Source: a virus. Taken from it: a stretch of DNA of 64,000 nt. Shown here piece after piece: positions 9,227 through 19,645 of the stretch (its first letter is position 1; the number at the start of each line of letters is the position of its first letter). The stretch spans positions 1-64,000 of IMG/VR virus record IMGVR_UViG_3300044716_000883, one strand, 5' to 3'. Made by a program: the position numbers and the translations under genes. Under the pieces are notes generated by a model. The model was not told where the DNA came from. It worked only from the letters and a program-made list of their open reading frames with translations, and did no database searches.

Positions 9227-9958
9227 ATGGAAAAACAGTTACTAACATCAGTCATCGAAAAATATTACTTAGGTGGTATTCACGATAAGGTAAAATGGAC
9301 AATTAAAGATAAGAAAGTACAAGTACTATTCACATCACAAACAAAGGATCTAGCAGGTTCAATTGAAGCACCTGACTTTGATATTGATGATTGTACTTTA
9401 GGTATCTATGACACAAATAAATTACTTAAATTAGTAAACATCACTAATCAATTCATTCAATTAAACGTTGAAACTAAAAACGGCACATCAACTAAATTAT
9501 CAATTGCTGATAATGAATATGATTTAGTTTACAATTTAGCTGATTTAAGGATGATGCCTACCGAAACAATGGTATTAGATGAAACACAAATTTCATTTGA
9601 TTACTCATTTGAAATTGATAGTGACTTTATAGAGCGCTATGGTAAGGCTAAAAAAGCATTAGGTAGTGATGAAGTAAAAGTACAAGCATTAATTAATAGT
9701 AGTGGTGATAAAGGTATTTACTTTACAATTGGTGGTAAAACATCACACGATAATAAAGTAGCATTTCAAACTAGTACATCTACATTTGAAATCCCATCAC
9801 CCGAATTTCTATATAATGCAGATTATCTATTAGAGATATTTGCTAATAATAAGGGAGCAGAAGGTGTAGGTTATTTTGATGAGAATGGTATTTTGAAACT
9901 AGAATTTACCGACGAAAAATCTATCAAAGCCTTATATTATCTCCCACCGAAGAACTAA
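9227..9958 (+). CDS. DNA polymerase sliding clamp (T4 gp45-like)
   Basis: 243 aa, LGIYDTNKLLKL motif, located between the polymerase and clamp loader genes. Confidence 0.75.
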   Translation: MEKQLLTSVIEKYYLGGIHDKVKWTIKDKKVQVLFTSQTKDLAGSIEAPDFDIDDCTLGIYDTNKLLKLVNITNQFIQLNVETKNGTSTKLSIADNEYDLVYNLADLRMMPTETMVLDETQISFDYSFEIDSDFIERYGKAKKALGSDEVKVQALINSSGDKGIYFTIGGKTSHDNKVAFQTSTSTFEIPSPEFLYNADYLLEIFANNKGAEGVGYFDENGILKLEFTDEKSIKALYYLPPKN

Positions 9959-10047
9959 TCCGTATATATTTATTAACGAGATACGACAGGTCTCAGTTAT
10001 GTATTATTATTAAACCGCTCACCTTAGGGGAGCACAAATGTAAAAAA

Positions 10048-10503
10048 ATGACACAAATACCTCGTGGATTTGAACATTGGGCATTAGACCCATTTGACAT
10101 CGTTTGGAAGAACTTCTTCGATTCAAACGCACAATTTAACACACTAGAAAACAAAATCAACTACCCAGTTGACATTTATGAAGTAGGAAACGATTTACGT
10201 TTCGAATTAGCAGTAGTAGGTCTCGATCAAGAAGACTTAGATATCCTAGTAGAAGGAGATACACTTAGAATTACACACGACAGAAAGAAAACAGATGACA
10301 CTCGCCCTTATATTCAAAGGGGTATTGCTAGACGCTCATTTGATTTAGCTTGGAAAGTAGCAAGCAAGTTTGACTTAAGTCAACTAACAGCTACAATGGA
10401 TAAGGGATTGTTAATCATTGATATCCCAATTTCGGAAGAAAAAGCACCTAAGAAAATAACAATCAATACTCCGCTTGAATTAAAAACAAGCAAGAAAAAA
10501 TAA
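10048..10503 (+). CDS. small heat-shock protein (Hsp20)
   Basis: YPVDIYE, FELAVVG, YIQRGIARRSF, ATMDKGLLII alpha-crystallin motifs. Confidence 0.93.
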   Translation: MTQIPRGFEHWALDPFDIVWKNFFDSNAQFNTLENKINYPVDIYEVGNDLRFELAVVGLDQEDLDILVEGDTLRITHDRKKTDDTRPYIQRGIARRSFDLAWKVASKFDLSQLTATMDKGLLIIDIPISEEKAPKKITINTPLELKTSKKK

Positions 10504-10505
10504 GT

Positions 10506-10536
10506 TTTGAAACTAAGAAGATCTGTCGTATCTTTA
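10506..10536 (+). promoter_or_regulatory. host-type promoter TTTG-N19-TATCTTTA upstream of groES
   Basis: Fits the Bacteroidetes TTTG-N19/21-TAnnTTTG layout with one mismatch. Confidence 0.5.
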
Positions 10537-10552
10537 TAAAACAATTTATAAT

Positions 10553-10846
10553 ATGAAAATAAAACCATTACACAATCACGTTGTGATTAAACAACAAGAC
10601 GAAACTGAAACAATGTACGGTAACATTGTAGTACCTGATTTAGGAAAAGAAAAACCACTTATGGGTGAAGTAGTAGCAGTAGGACCTGGTGTCTATTCTG
10701 TTACTGGAGAAGCATTTTTGGAAACCAAAATTCAAGTGGGTGAACTAGTAGTATTTCCTGCATTTGGAGGTACCAAAATGACTATTGAAGGTGAAGAATT
10801 CGTTGTTATGAAGGAACAAGATTTATTAGCAATTTTAGAAAAATAA
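10553..10846 (+). CDS. groES: co-chaperonin GroES
   Basis: MKIKPLHNHVVI, GEVVAVGPG, VGELVVF, FVVMKEQDLLAIL. Confidence 0.97.
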   Translation: MKIKPLHNHVVIKQQDETETMYGNIVVPDLGKEKPLMGEVVAVGPGVYSVTGEAFLETKIQVGELVVFPAFGGTKMTIEGEEFVVMKEQDLLAILEK

Positions 10847-10849
10847 ACT

Positions 10850-12475
10850 ATGAGTAAAATAATAAGTTTCGATCGTGAAGCAAAAGAAAAGCTTCAAAAA
10901 GGTATCGATAAAGTAAACAAAGCAGTATCCGTTACAATGGGTCCTTTTGGACGTAACGTGTTAATTGAAAAAGAACATGGTCAAGTAGTATCTACTAAAG
11001 ACGGTGTTACTGTAGCTAAAACAATCACATTGGAAGATCCAATTGAGAATATGGCTGCAACAGTAATTAAGCAAGCAGCATCAAAAACAGTAGATGCAGC
11101 AGGTGATGGTACTACAACATCAACAGTATTAGCTCATTCAATTGCAACTCAAGCATTAGAAGCAACATCGTATGCTTCAACAAATGCTACTCAAGTAAAA
11201 CGTGGTATTGAAGCTGCTGTTAAAGAAGTAGTTGCTGAATTAAAAACAATGTCAGTAGACATTACTAATGAAGAACAAATCAAGCAAATTGCTACATTAT
11301 CAGCAAATGGTGATACTGAGATTGGTGAATTAGTAGCTACTGCTATTGATAAAGTAGGTAGAGACGGAGTAGTAACTGTAGAAGAATCTCGTTCAGGTGA
11401 AACATCACTTGAAGTAGTAGAAGGCTTACAGTTTGATAGAGGTTATAAGTCACCTTACATGGTAACAGATAACAACTCAATGCAAGCAGTATTAACTGAT
11501 GCTTTAGTATTGTTATTTGATGGTAAAATTAGCGCTGTAAAGGATTTATTACCCATTCTAGAGCGTGTATCATCAGAAAACAAATCATTATTAGTTGTAG
11601 CTGAAGATATTGATGGTGAAGCGTTATCTACTCTTATTGTAAATAAAATGAGAGGTATCTTAAAGGTAGTAGCTGTTAAAGCACCTGACTTCGGTGAACG
11701 TAGAACATTAATCTTAGAAGATATCGCTGCTGTAACAGGTGGTACTTTAATTTCACCTACTAAAGGTATGAAATTAGATCGTTTCAATATGGAATGGTTC
11801 GGTAACGCTAGGACTGTTACTGTAGGTAAAGAAACAACTACAATTGTTGATGGTAAAGGTGATACAGCCAAAATTAATGAACGCATTTCAGAATTAAAAG
11901 CTCAAATCGAAGGATCTAATTCACCATACGAAATTGAACGTTTACAAGATCGTTTAGCTAAAATGATTGGTGGTGTAGCTATTATCAATGTAGGTGGTGG
12001 TACTGAAATCGAGATGAAAGAAAAGAAAGATCGTATTGATGATGCTTTACAAGCAACTAAAGCCGCATTAGAAGAAGGTATCTTACCTGGTGCTGGTGTA
12101 GCATTACTAAACGCTAGAAACTCAATCAGCAATAGAGACAATAATGATTTCGGTAAAGGTGGTCAAATAGTATTTAAAGCATGTGCTAAACCATTACAAC
12201 AAATCTTAAGTAATGCTGGTGAAGATTATCATCAATGGGCATCTCATTTAGATAAAGCTGTAAATAACAAGGTTGTACCTAATATTGGTGAAGAAAGATT
12301 AGTAGACGCATTTGAAGCAGGTATTATCGACCCAACTAAAGTAGTACGTTGCGCACTTGAAAATGCCGCTGCTGCTGCCGTTACCTTACTAATGACTGAA
12401 TGTGTTATCAATGATAAACCTGAAGATAAGAAAAAATCAGGTGGTGATTTTGATATGGCAGGATTAGGAATGTAA
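10850..12475 (+). CDS. groEL: chaperonin GroEL
   Basis: [46 protein letters not shown]; Gly/Met-containing tail. Confidence 0.98.
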   Translation: MSKIISFDREAKEKLQKGIDKVNKAVSVTMGPFGRNVLIEKEHGQVVSTKDGVTVAKTITLEDPIENMAATVIKQAASKTVDAAGDGTTTSTVLAHSIATQALEATSYASTNATQVKRGIEAAVKEVVAELKTMSVDITNEEQIKQIATLSANGDTEIGELVATAIDKVGRDGVVTVEESRSGETSLEVVEGLQFDRGYKSPYMVTDNNSMQAVLTDALVLLFDGKISAVKDLLPILERVSSENKSLLVVAEDIDGEALSTLIVNKMRGILKVVAVKAPDFGERRTLILEDIAAVTGGTLISPTKGMKLDRFNMEWFGNARTVTVGKETTTIVDGKGDTAKINERISELKAQIEGSNSPYEIERLQDRLAKMIGGVAIINVGGGTEIEMKEKKDRIDDALQATKAALEEGILPGAGVALLNARNSISNRDNNDFGKGGQIVFKACAKPLQQILSNAGEDYHQWASHLDKAVNNKVVPNIGEERLVDAFEAGIIDPTKVVRCALENAAAAAVTLLMTECVINDKPEDKKKSGGDFDMAGLGM

Positions 12476-12493
12476 TTTGATTAAAAATAAGTT

Positions 12494-13417
12494 ATGAACA
12501 AACAACATACTCTCTGGATTGAGAAATATAGATCAGAAACATTAGAACAATACATCGGCAATGATGCGGTTAAAGCCCGCATCGCCGATTGTATTGCTAA
12601 TAACGATATACCCCATTTCATCTTCGCTGGTAGCGCAGGGACAGGTAAGACTACCCTCGCGAAGTTAATTGTTAAGAACATCAAATGTGATTATCTTTAC
12701 ATTAACGCCAGTGACGAAAATGGAATTGACATCATTAGAGACAAAGTAAAAACATTTGCCTCTACGTCATCCTTCCAACCACTCAAGGTAGTCATATTGG
12801 ACGAGGCTGATTTCTTAACTCAACCCGCCCAAGCCGCACTTCGTAATTTGATTGAAGAGTATTCAATGGTAACTCGATTTGTACTTACTTGTAATTACAT
12901 TGAGCGTCTAATTGAGCCTCTTCAGTCTCGTTGCGAAATTCATATTTTAAAACCACCAACTAAATCTGCTGTTGCAAAACACATTTGCACTAACATTTTA
13001 GATGTTGAAGGTGTAACATATGATATCCAAGATGTAGCTAAGGTAATTAATGAACTATATCCTGACGTTCGCTCTATTATTAAAGTATTACAATCAAATG
13101 TTAAAGATAGTAAATTAACTATCACTACATTGGATGATAACTGGTGTAAACAATTAGTTCAAATACTAAATAAACGCGAGAAAAACGCTTGGTATCAAGT
13201 TAGACAACTAGTAGCTGACGCGCAAGTAGATGATTTTCAAACCGCTTATCGCTATATGTTTGACCACCTAGCTGACTTCAGTTACGGACACGATGCTGAA
13301 TTATCAGTTATATTAGATGATTTTATCTGGAGAGCAGGTGTAGTGCCAGATAAGGAAATTAACTTTGCAGCTGCAATAGCTAAAATATTAGACACAAATA
13401 AAAAACAAGTATTATAA
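12494..13417 (+). CDS. clamp loader ATPase subunit (T4 gp44/RFC-like)
   Basis: LWIEKYR, GSAGTGKTT, INASDENGID, ILDEAD, ALRNLIEE, LQSRC. Confidence 0.95.
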   Translation: MNKQHTLWIEKYRSETLEQYIGNDAVKARIADCIANNDIPHFIFAGSAGTGKTTLAKLIVKNIKCDYLYINASDENGIDIIRDKVKTFASTSSFQPLKVVILDEADFLTQPAQAALRNLIEEYSMVTRFVLTCNYIERLIEPLQSRCEIHILKPPTKSAVAKHICTNILDVEGVTYDIQDVAKVINELYPDVRSIIKVLQSNVKDSKLTITTLDDNWCKQLVQILNKREKNAWYQVRQLVADAQVDDFQTAYRYMFDHLADFSYGHDAELSVILDDFIWRAGVVPDKEINFAAAIAKILDTNKKQVL

Positions 13418-13662
13418 TGGATCAACAACAAATGAATCTAAACATCACTTTAGACAAAACAACACCAGTAGTATGTGATGAATGTGGTAGTGAGACATTC
13501 CATGAAGTAGTATTACTTCGTAAAGCATCTCGCTTCGTAACAGGAACAGCACAAGACGCTCTTATTCCTATCCCAGCATTTGCCTGTGTTAAATGTGGAC
13601 ACGTAAATGAAGATTTATTACCACCACAACTAAGGAAAAATGAAGATACTGAATCTATTTAA
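13417..13662 (+). CDS. zinc-ribbon protein
   Basis: CDEC...CVKC cysteine pairs. Confidence 0.6.
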   Translation: MDQQQMNLNITLDKTTPVVCDECGSETFHEVVLLRKASRFVTGTAQDALIPIPAFACVKCGHVNEDLLPPQLRKNEDTESI

Positions 13663-13888
13663 TAAACGTAAACGTGAAATAGAACGTTTAAATGTTGTTA
13701 TAGATAGGCTAATAGAAAGAAACGAACAACTTGAAAAATCAGTTCGCGTTATGAAAGCTGAAAGAGATCTATCAGAACGAGCATTAACAACAGCTAATAA
13801 AAACATACTTGATTTAACAAATGAAGTAGGTTATCTTAAAATGCAGGTTGATAATTCCAAAGACAAAAACGATTCAAGATACTATTAA
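13640..13888 (+). CDS. hypothetical coiled-coil protein
   Basis: Heptad-rich 82-aa ORF in the operon. Confidence 0.5.
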   Translation: MKILNLFNKRKREIERLNVVIDRLIERNEQLEKSVRVMKAERDLSERALTTANKNILDLTNEVGYLKMQVDNSKDKNDSRYY

Positions 13889-14259
13889 TGAATATATTCG
13901 ACCATATTAAGAATATCACAACCAATAAGGGACCATACTTAGGTGACGAAGGTTGGAATAACTGGATGATTAATCGTTATCTCAGTATGGACCCTGATTA
14001 CTGTGAGGTAGTTAATATTGTGCAAAAGAATACTTGGCAGATGAAAGGTGAGTACCTATACAACCTGTATAAGGACCTTATACCTCAACAATACAAGTAT
14101 CTAAAATATATTAAGGCTAAAAACAAGAAAGAATATAAAGTCGAACAAGTAGAAGCAGTAGCTATTTATTTTGAAGTTAGTAAGAAGGAAGCTAAGGAAT
14201 ATATTAGCATGTTACCTAAATCAGAAGTAGAAAATATAACAGCACAAATCAATGGATAA
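13888..14259 (+). CDS. clamp loader small subunit (T4 gp62-like)
   Basis: NNWMINRYLS...YLKYIKAK...YFEVSKKEAKEY pattern, close to the gp44-like gene. Confidence 0.65.
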   Translation: MNIFDHIKNITTNKGPYLGDEGWNNWMINRYLSMDPDYCEVVNIVQKNTWQMKGEYLYNLYKDLIPQQYKYLKYIKAKNKKEYKVEQVEAVAIYFEVSKKEAKEYISMLPKSEVENITAQING

Positions 14260-14464
14260 TAAATTAGATTCAGTAGTTACTGCAATTATAGAGCAATTCA
14301 CATCCCGAGCTAAAATGGGAAAGGCAAAGTACGGTGTTGACCTTGATCGTACTGATTTAACATTATTAGAATGGATTGAGCATGCTAAACAAGAACACAT
14401 GGATGCTATCCTATATTTAGAAAAAATTAAACAAGAAGTAAGTGGCCAAGGCAAAATCTACTGA
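14252..14464 (+). CDS. small MazG/all-alpha NTP-PPase-like protein
   Basis: GKAKYG...WIEHAKQEHMDAILYL, an EE..D-type metal helix. Confidence 0.45.
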   Translation: MDNKLDSVVTAIIEQFTSRAKMGKAKYGVDLDRTDLTLLEWIEHAKQEHMDAILYLEKIKQEVSGQGKIY

Positions 14465-15386
14465 GATAGAGCTCAAGATAAAGAATTATCAAGCACCAGA
14501 GATTAACCCTGCGTTTCATAAAACTGTATCCTATTCTCAATATTCAATGTGGGACAAATGTCCTTACCAATGGTATCTCACTTATGTAGAGAACAAGCAG
14601 CCATACCAAGCTAGTATTCATACTGTGTTTGGAACAGCATTTCATGAAACATTACAAGACTATATTACAGTAATGTATGAACAAAGTGGAGCTGCTGCTG
14701 ATAGAATGGATCTGATCACATTATTTCAAGACAAGTTTAGAGAAATATACGCTAAAGAATATAAAAAAGCAGGAGCACACTTCAGCAATGCTGGTGAAAT
14801 GAGTGAATTCTTTGATGATAGCGTAGCAATATTAAATTTCATAAAGAAAAACCGTAATAAACTATTTACCATACGTAAAATGCGCTTATTAGGTATAGAG
14901 ATACCTCTATTACTAAAAGTAGCAAATAACGTTTATTTAAAAGGTTTCATTGACTTTGTTTTGTATGATGAAGATCTAGATAAAGTTTACATATATGATA
15001 TCAAAACATCAACACGAGGCTGGAGCGATAAAGAAAAGAAAGACGATAGTAAAATTGCTCAAATCTTACTATACAAGGAATACTTTTCAAAACAATTTGG
15101 ATTTGACGTTGAAAAAATTGATGTTGAATTCTTTATTGTTAAACGCAGAATCTGGGAGCAATCAGAATATCCAATCCCAAGAACACAAAGCTTCAAACCA
15201 GCAAGTGGAAAGAATAAACGGAAATTAGCAGTAGATAGCTTTCAATCATTTATAAAGGATTGCTTTGATGAAGGTGGTAAGCCTCAAATGAAGTCGTACC
15301 TTAAAAATATAGGTGAGAGTAGCTGCAAATGGTGTCCTTACAGAGACAAACCAGAACTTTGCGATAAAGTTGCGTCCTCTATATAA
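14442..15386 (+). CDS. PD-(D/E)XK (RecB/Cas4-like) exonuclease
   Basis: SYSQ...CP, FGTAFHE, GFIDFV, IYDIKT, QILLY, CKWCPY. Confidence 0.88.
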   Translation: MAKAKSTEIELKIKNYQAPEINPAFHKTVSYSQYSMWDKCPYQWYLTYVENKQPYQASIHTVFGTAFHETLQDYITVMYEQSGAAADRMDLITLFQDKFREIYAKEYKKAGAHFSNAGEMSEFFDDSVAILNFIKKNRNKLFTIRKMRLLGIEIPLLLKVANNVYLKGFIDFVLYDEDLDKVYIYDIKTSTRGWSDKEKKDDSKIAQILLYKEYFSKQFGFDVEKIDVEFFIVKRRIWEQSEYPIPRTQSFKPASGKNKRKLAVDSFQSFIKDCFDEGGKPQMKSYLKNIGESSCKWCPYRDKPELCDKVASSI

Positions 15387-15416
15387 GCGTATATATTTAT
15401 ATCAAAATATAATATT

Positions 15417-15611
15417 ATGGGAAACAAAATGCAATTAACAAGCGTGAAAGTTCCTGAAGATTTATTTGAGCAATTTAAGATTGCATGTGTAAAGTACAAA
15501 TTTAGCGTACAAAAATTAACAGAACGCTCAATGTACTTATACCTAACAAATGATGACTTCAGAAAAACAATTCACAATCAACTAGACACACAATTTACAG
15601 GAAGTATTTAA
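15417..15611 (+). CDS. putative ribbon-helix-helix DNA-binding protein
   Basis: LTSVKV strand followed by two helices; 64 aa. Confidence 0.5.
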   Translation: MGNKMQLTSVKVPEDLFEQFKIACVKYKFSVQKLTERSMYLYLTNDDFRKTIHNQLDTQFTGSI

Positions 15612-15619
15612 ATTAGTTT

Positions 15620-17077
15620 ATGAAAGAAGGTTATATTCCACAAGAAAAACGTAAGAAAATCTTATTGTTATGTGACGACATTCGAATGACAAGTGGTATT
15701 TCCACTATGGCTCGTGAAATCGTTATTGGTACAGCCCATCATTATAATTGGGTTAATATTGGAGGTGCAATTACACATCCTGATAAAGGTAAAAGATTTG
15801 ACTTAAATGACGATACCAATAAACAAGCTGGTATTAGCGATGCAAGTGTTTATCTTTACCCAATTGATGGTTATGGCTCTCCAGAGCTTATTAGACAAAT
15901 GATAGAACTTGAAAAGCCAGATGCTATTATGATGTTTACAGATCCACGCTATTGGATTTGGTTATTTCAGATGGAGCATGAAATTAGGAAACAAATGCCT
16001 ATTATTTATTTAAACATTTGGGATGATTTACCTTATCCAATGTATAATAAATCGTATTATGAATCATGTGATGGTTTATTAGCTATTAGTAAACAAACAG
16101 AAAACATTAATCTAACAGTATTAGGTGATGTAGCTAAAGAGAAAGTAATTAAATATGTTCCTCACGGAATTAATGAAAAATTCTTCTTCCCAATCAAAAC
16201 AGAACACCCAGAATACTTAACACTACAAGAATTTAAAAAACGTTTATATGGAGAAGAAACATACGATTTTACTCTATTATATAATGCGCGTAACATCCGT
16301 CGTAAATCTGTTCCTGATTTGATGTTAGCATGGAAGATATTCATCGACCAACTACCAGAAGATAAGGCTAAGAAGTGTGCTTTAGTAATGCATACTCAAA
16401 GAATAGATGATAATGGAACTGACTTACCAGCAGTAAAGGATATGATGTTTGGTAACTTACCTCAGTATAAAATCATATTTGATGAAAGTAAGTACCCAAC
16501 AAACTTAATGAATTTACTTTACAACTCAGTAGATGGATGTGCTTTAATTTCATCTAATGAAGGATGGGGATTATCATTAACTGAAGCAATGATGTGTGGT
16601 AAACCTATTATCGCTACCGTAACAGGTGGTATGCAAGACCAAATGAGATTTGAAGACGAAAATGGTGAGTGGATTAAATTTACTTCTGAATTTGGATCAA
16701 ACCATAGAGGTAAATATAGAAAACATGGTAAATGGGCCTACCCAGTATTCCCATCTAACTTATCAATTGTTGGATCAGTACCAACACCATATATCTTTGA
16801 TGATAGAGCAGAACCATTTGATATTGCTACTGCTATTGCAGAACTTTATGCTACTAAAATGTATGGTCCTGAAGAATATGAAGAACAATGCAAAGCAGCT
16901 TATGAGTGGGTTACTTCAGACGAATCAATGATGTCAGCTAAATTAATGTCTAAAAATATCATTGATGGTATTGATGAAACATTTGATAAATGGGAGCCAA
17001 GATATGCTTATGAGATCATCAATGTAAAACCACTTGAACAACCTAAACACTTTGTAAAACACGTTATCGCAAAATAA
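15620..17077 (+). CDS. glycosyltransferase, GT4 family
   Basis: YVPHGI, RNIRRK, SSNEGWGLSLTEAMMCGKPII. Confidence 0.88.
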   Translation: MKEGYIPQEKRKKILLLCDDIRMTSGISTMAREIVIGTAHHYNWVNIGGAITHPDKGKRFDLNDDTNKQAGISDASVYLYPIDGYGSPELIRQMIELEKPDAIMMFTDPRYWIWLFQMEHEIRKQMPIIYLNIWDDLPYPMYNKSYYESCDGLLAISKQTENINLTVLGDVAKEKVIKYVPHGINEKFFFPIKTEHPEYLTLQEFKKRLYGEETYDFTLLYNARNIRRKSVPDLMLAWKIFIDQLPEDKAKKCALVMHTQRIDDNGTDLPAVKDMMFGNLPQYKIIFDESKYPTNLMNLLYNSVDGCALISSNEGWGLSLTEAMMCGKPIIATVTGGMQDQMRFEDENGEWIKFTSEFGSNHRGKYRKHGKWAYPVFPSNLSIVGSVPTPYIFDDRAEPFDIATAIAELYATKMYGPEEYEEQCKAAYEWVTSDESMMSAKLMSKNIIDGIDETFDKWEPRYAYEIINVKPLEQPKHFVKHVIAK

Positions 17078-17078
17078 T

Positions 17079-18377
17079 ATGAAACCACTAATAGTTATAA
17101 GCTGCCCAATCGATACATTTTCAGGATATGGAGCAAGAAGTAGAGATATAGTATTATCAATCATCAAATCTGAAAAATATGAGGTAAAAGTATTACCTCA
17201 AAGATGGGGTAGTACACCTTGGGGATTCTTAGAAGAAGGAAACCCTAATCACAAATTAATGAAAGATTGTCTATTGAGTTCACCTCAATTACCAAAGCAA
17301 CCAGACATATGGATGCAAATTACAGTACCAAACGAATTTCAACCACTTGGAAAATTCAATATTGGCGTTACAGCAGGTATTGAAACTACATTATGCGATG
17401 CTACTTGGATTGAGGGTGTTAATAGAATGAATTTAACACTAGTATCTTCAAATCATGCTAAAAAGGTATTCGAAAATTCAGCATTTGAAAAACGTAATAC
17501 TCAAACACAACAAGTAGAGGCTGTAATAAAATTAGAATCACCAGTAGAAGTATTATTTGAAGGTGCTGATACTAATATCTATAAAAAATTAGATAAAGTA
17601 GAAGGTGATTTAAGTGATTCTTTAAGTATTATTAAGGAAGAATTCAACTATCTGTTTGTAGGACATTGGTTACAAGGTATTACTGGTCAAGATAGAAAAG
17701 ATGTAGGTATGTTAGTTAAAACATTCCTTGAAACATTTAAAAATAAAAAACAACGCCCTGGTTTAATTCTAAAAACATCAAGTGCTACTCCATCTGTAAT
17801 GGATAGAGAAGAAATACTAGATAAAATTAGAATTATTGAAGAAGAAGTAGGTGGTGATATACCTAATATTTACTTAGTACATGGTGAATTAACTAACGAT
17901 GAAATGAACGAGTTATATAACCACCCTAAAGTAAAAGCACACGTATCATTTGCTAAAGGTGAAGGATTCGGTAGACCACTACTTGAAGCATCAATTTCAG
18001 GCAAACCAGTAATTGCTCCTAACTGGAGCGGACACACAGATTTTCTAGATGCTGAAATGTCAACATTATTACCTGGAAATTTAACCCAAATACACGGATC
18101 GGCAGTAGTAAAAAACATGTTGCTTCCTGAAAGTAGCTGGTTTACAGTTGATTATAGTACAGCTTCTAATACATTAGTAGACGTCTATAAAAACTATAAA
18201 AAGTATACTGATGGGGCAAAGAGACAATCATACCGTTCACGTACTGAATTTAGTCTAGATAAAATGTCTGAAAAATTAATCAGCATATTAGAAACAAAAG
18301 TACCTGTAAAAGTAGAATTTAAGTTACCTCAGTTAAAGAAAATCGAATTACCTAAACTAAAGAAAGATGACAAGTAA
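17079..18377 (+). CDS. glycosyltransferase, GT4 family
   Basis: SGYGARSR, KGEGFGRPLLEASISGKPVIAPNWSGH. Confidence 0.88.
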   Translation: MKPLIVISCPIDTFSGYGARSRDIVLSIIKSEKYEVKVLPQRWGSTPWGFLEEGNPNHKLMKDCLLSSPQLPKQPDIWMQITVPNEFQPLGKFNIGVTAGIETTLCDATWIEGVNRMNLTLVSSNHAKKVFENSAFEKRNTQTQQVEAVIKLESPVEVLFEGADTNIYKKLDKVEGDLSDSLSIIKEEFNYLFVGHWLQGITGQDRKDVGMLVKTFLETFKNKKQRPGLILKTSSATPSVMDREEILDKIRIIEEEVGGDIPNIYLVHGELTNDEMNELYNHPKVKAHVSFAKGEGFGRPLLEASISGKPVIAPNWSGHTDFLDAEMSTLLPGNLTQIHGSAVVKNMLLPESSWFTVDYSTASNTLVDVYKNYKKYTDGAKRQSYRSRTEFSLDKMSEKLISILETKVPVKVEFKLPQLKKIELPKLKKDDK

Positions 18378-18609
18378 AGAATTTGTTATTTGGTTAAAAG
18401 GATTCACTGAAGGAGTTCACGATTTTAACGTGACTCCTAAACAGTGGGATTTACTAAAGGAAAAATTAGCAGAAGTAAATGACCATCCATATTCAATATC
18501 TGTAGGAATAGGTGGGTTTGGAACTACTAGTACAGGTACTATATATACAACTGGTAGTGGAGCTTGGCATTATACCAACACAACACAAAATTTAGATAAC
18601 AATGAATGA
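18367..18609 (+). CDS. hypothetical protein
   Basis: Co-oriented ORF overlapping its neighbours. Confidence 0.55.
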   Translation: MTSKEFVIWLKGFTEGVHDFNVTPKQWDLLKEKLAEVNDHPYSISVGIGGFGTTSTGTIYTTGSGAWHYTNTTQNLDNNE

Positions 18610-19003
18610 GAAATTAACGATATGCCCTAGATGTGGTGGTGACGCATGTCACGAAGCATCAAATGAAAAACTTACTGTTTGGAGTTGCTTCGGATGTGGA
18701 TTTACATCTAACTCAACTATGGTAGAAGGTAATCTACAAGAAGTAGAAGCAGTAGTACCTCAATTATACAAAGATTTAAAATTTAAAGATGCAAACGGAT
18801 ACTATTGGTATCCTAACACAGTAATTCTAGAAGACAAATCAATGGTGTTTGGTGATGGTAAATCAACTGAAGATTGGAAATGGGCAGCTGTGCAGTCTAA
18901 AGACGGTAAGGCAGACATGACTACAAAACAAGAATACGAACAATACGACTTTATGGAAGCCCTAGATTATGTAGGTTTCTTTAAGTATGCCCAACAACAA
19001 TAA
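18602..19003 (+). CDS. zinc-ribbon protein
   Basis: CPRC...CFGC. Confidence 0.6.
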   Translation: MNEKLTICPRCGGDACHEASNEKLTVWSCFGCGFTSNSTMVEGNLQEVEAVVPQLYKDLKFKDANGYYWYPNTVILEDKSMVFGDGKSTEDWKWAAVQSKDGKADMTTKQEYEQYDFMEALDYVGFFKYAQQQ

Positions 19004-19616
19004 TATGCCCTCAATCAGTTATGCAATCACAGCTTGTAATGAGCATGTTGAGTTAGATCGTTTATTAGATCAACTAACATCATCTATTAGAGATGAAGAT
19101 GAAATAGTAGTACAAATGGATTTTACTGCTACCGATGAAGTAAAAGATGTAGTTAACAAATATAAGTTAATGAATTACTTTCATCCATTAAATGGTGATT
19201 TCGCTACATTCAAGAATAATCTTAGTAGCCTATGTACCAAAGATTACATATTCCAGATTGATGCTGATGAATATCCACACCCAGAATTGGTGCCATTATT
19301 GCCATCTATATTAGAGGCAAACGATGATACTGATGTATTTCTAGTTCCTAGAATTAATACAGTAGAGGGCTTAACTGAACAACATATTAAACAATGGGGA
19401 TGGAATGTTGATTACCATAATAGAGTTAACTTCCCCGATTACCAATGGCGCGTTTGGAAAAACGTATCTACAATCAAATGGATAAATAAAGTACATGAGC
19501 GTTTAGATGGATTTGGATTATATACTAATTTTCCTCCATTAGAAGAAATGTGTTTATATCATCCTAAAGATATAGCAAGGCAAGAAAAACAAAATGCATT
19601 TTATGACCAAATTTAA
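18987..19616 (+). CDS. glycosyltransferase, GT2 family
   Basis: ISYAITACNE, FATFKN, YIFQIDADE, PDYQWR, KVHE. Confidence 0.85.
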   Translation: MPNNNNMPSISYAITACNEHVELDRLLDQLTSSIRDEDEIVVQMDFTATDEVKDVVNKYKLMNYFHPLNGDFATFKNNLSSLCTKDYIFQIDADEYPHPELVPLLPSILEANDDTDVFLVPRINTVEGLTEQHIKQWGWNVDYHNRVNFPDYQWRVWKNVSTIKWINKVHERLDGFGLYTNFPPLEEMCLYHPKDIARQEKQNAFYDQI

Positions 19617-19645
19617 AATTGGAAAAGTAGTATAAATAAATAAAA

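Noticed and set aside
11455-12141. Minus-strand ORFs over groEL and similar ones elsewhere
   Set aside because: Shadows of biased + strand genes; no motifs or expression signals.
19631-19638. T4 late promoter TATAAATA here and at 31129
   Set aside because: Both lie in A-rich leaders; two hits are expected by chance at this AT content.
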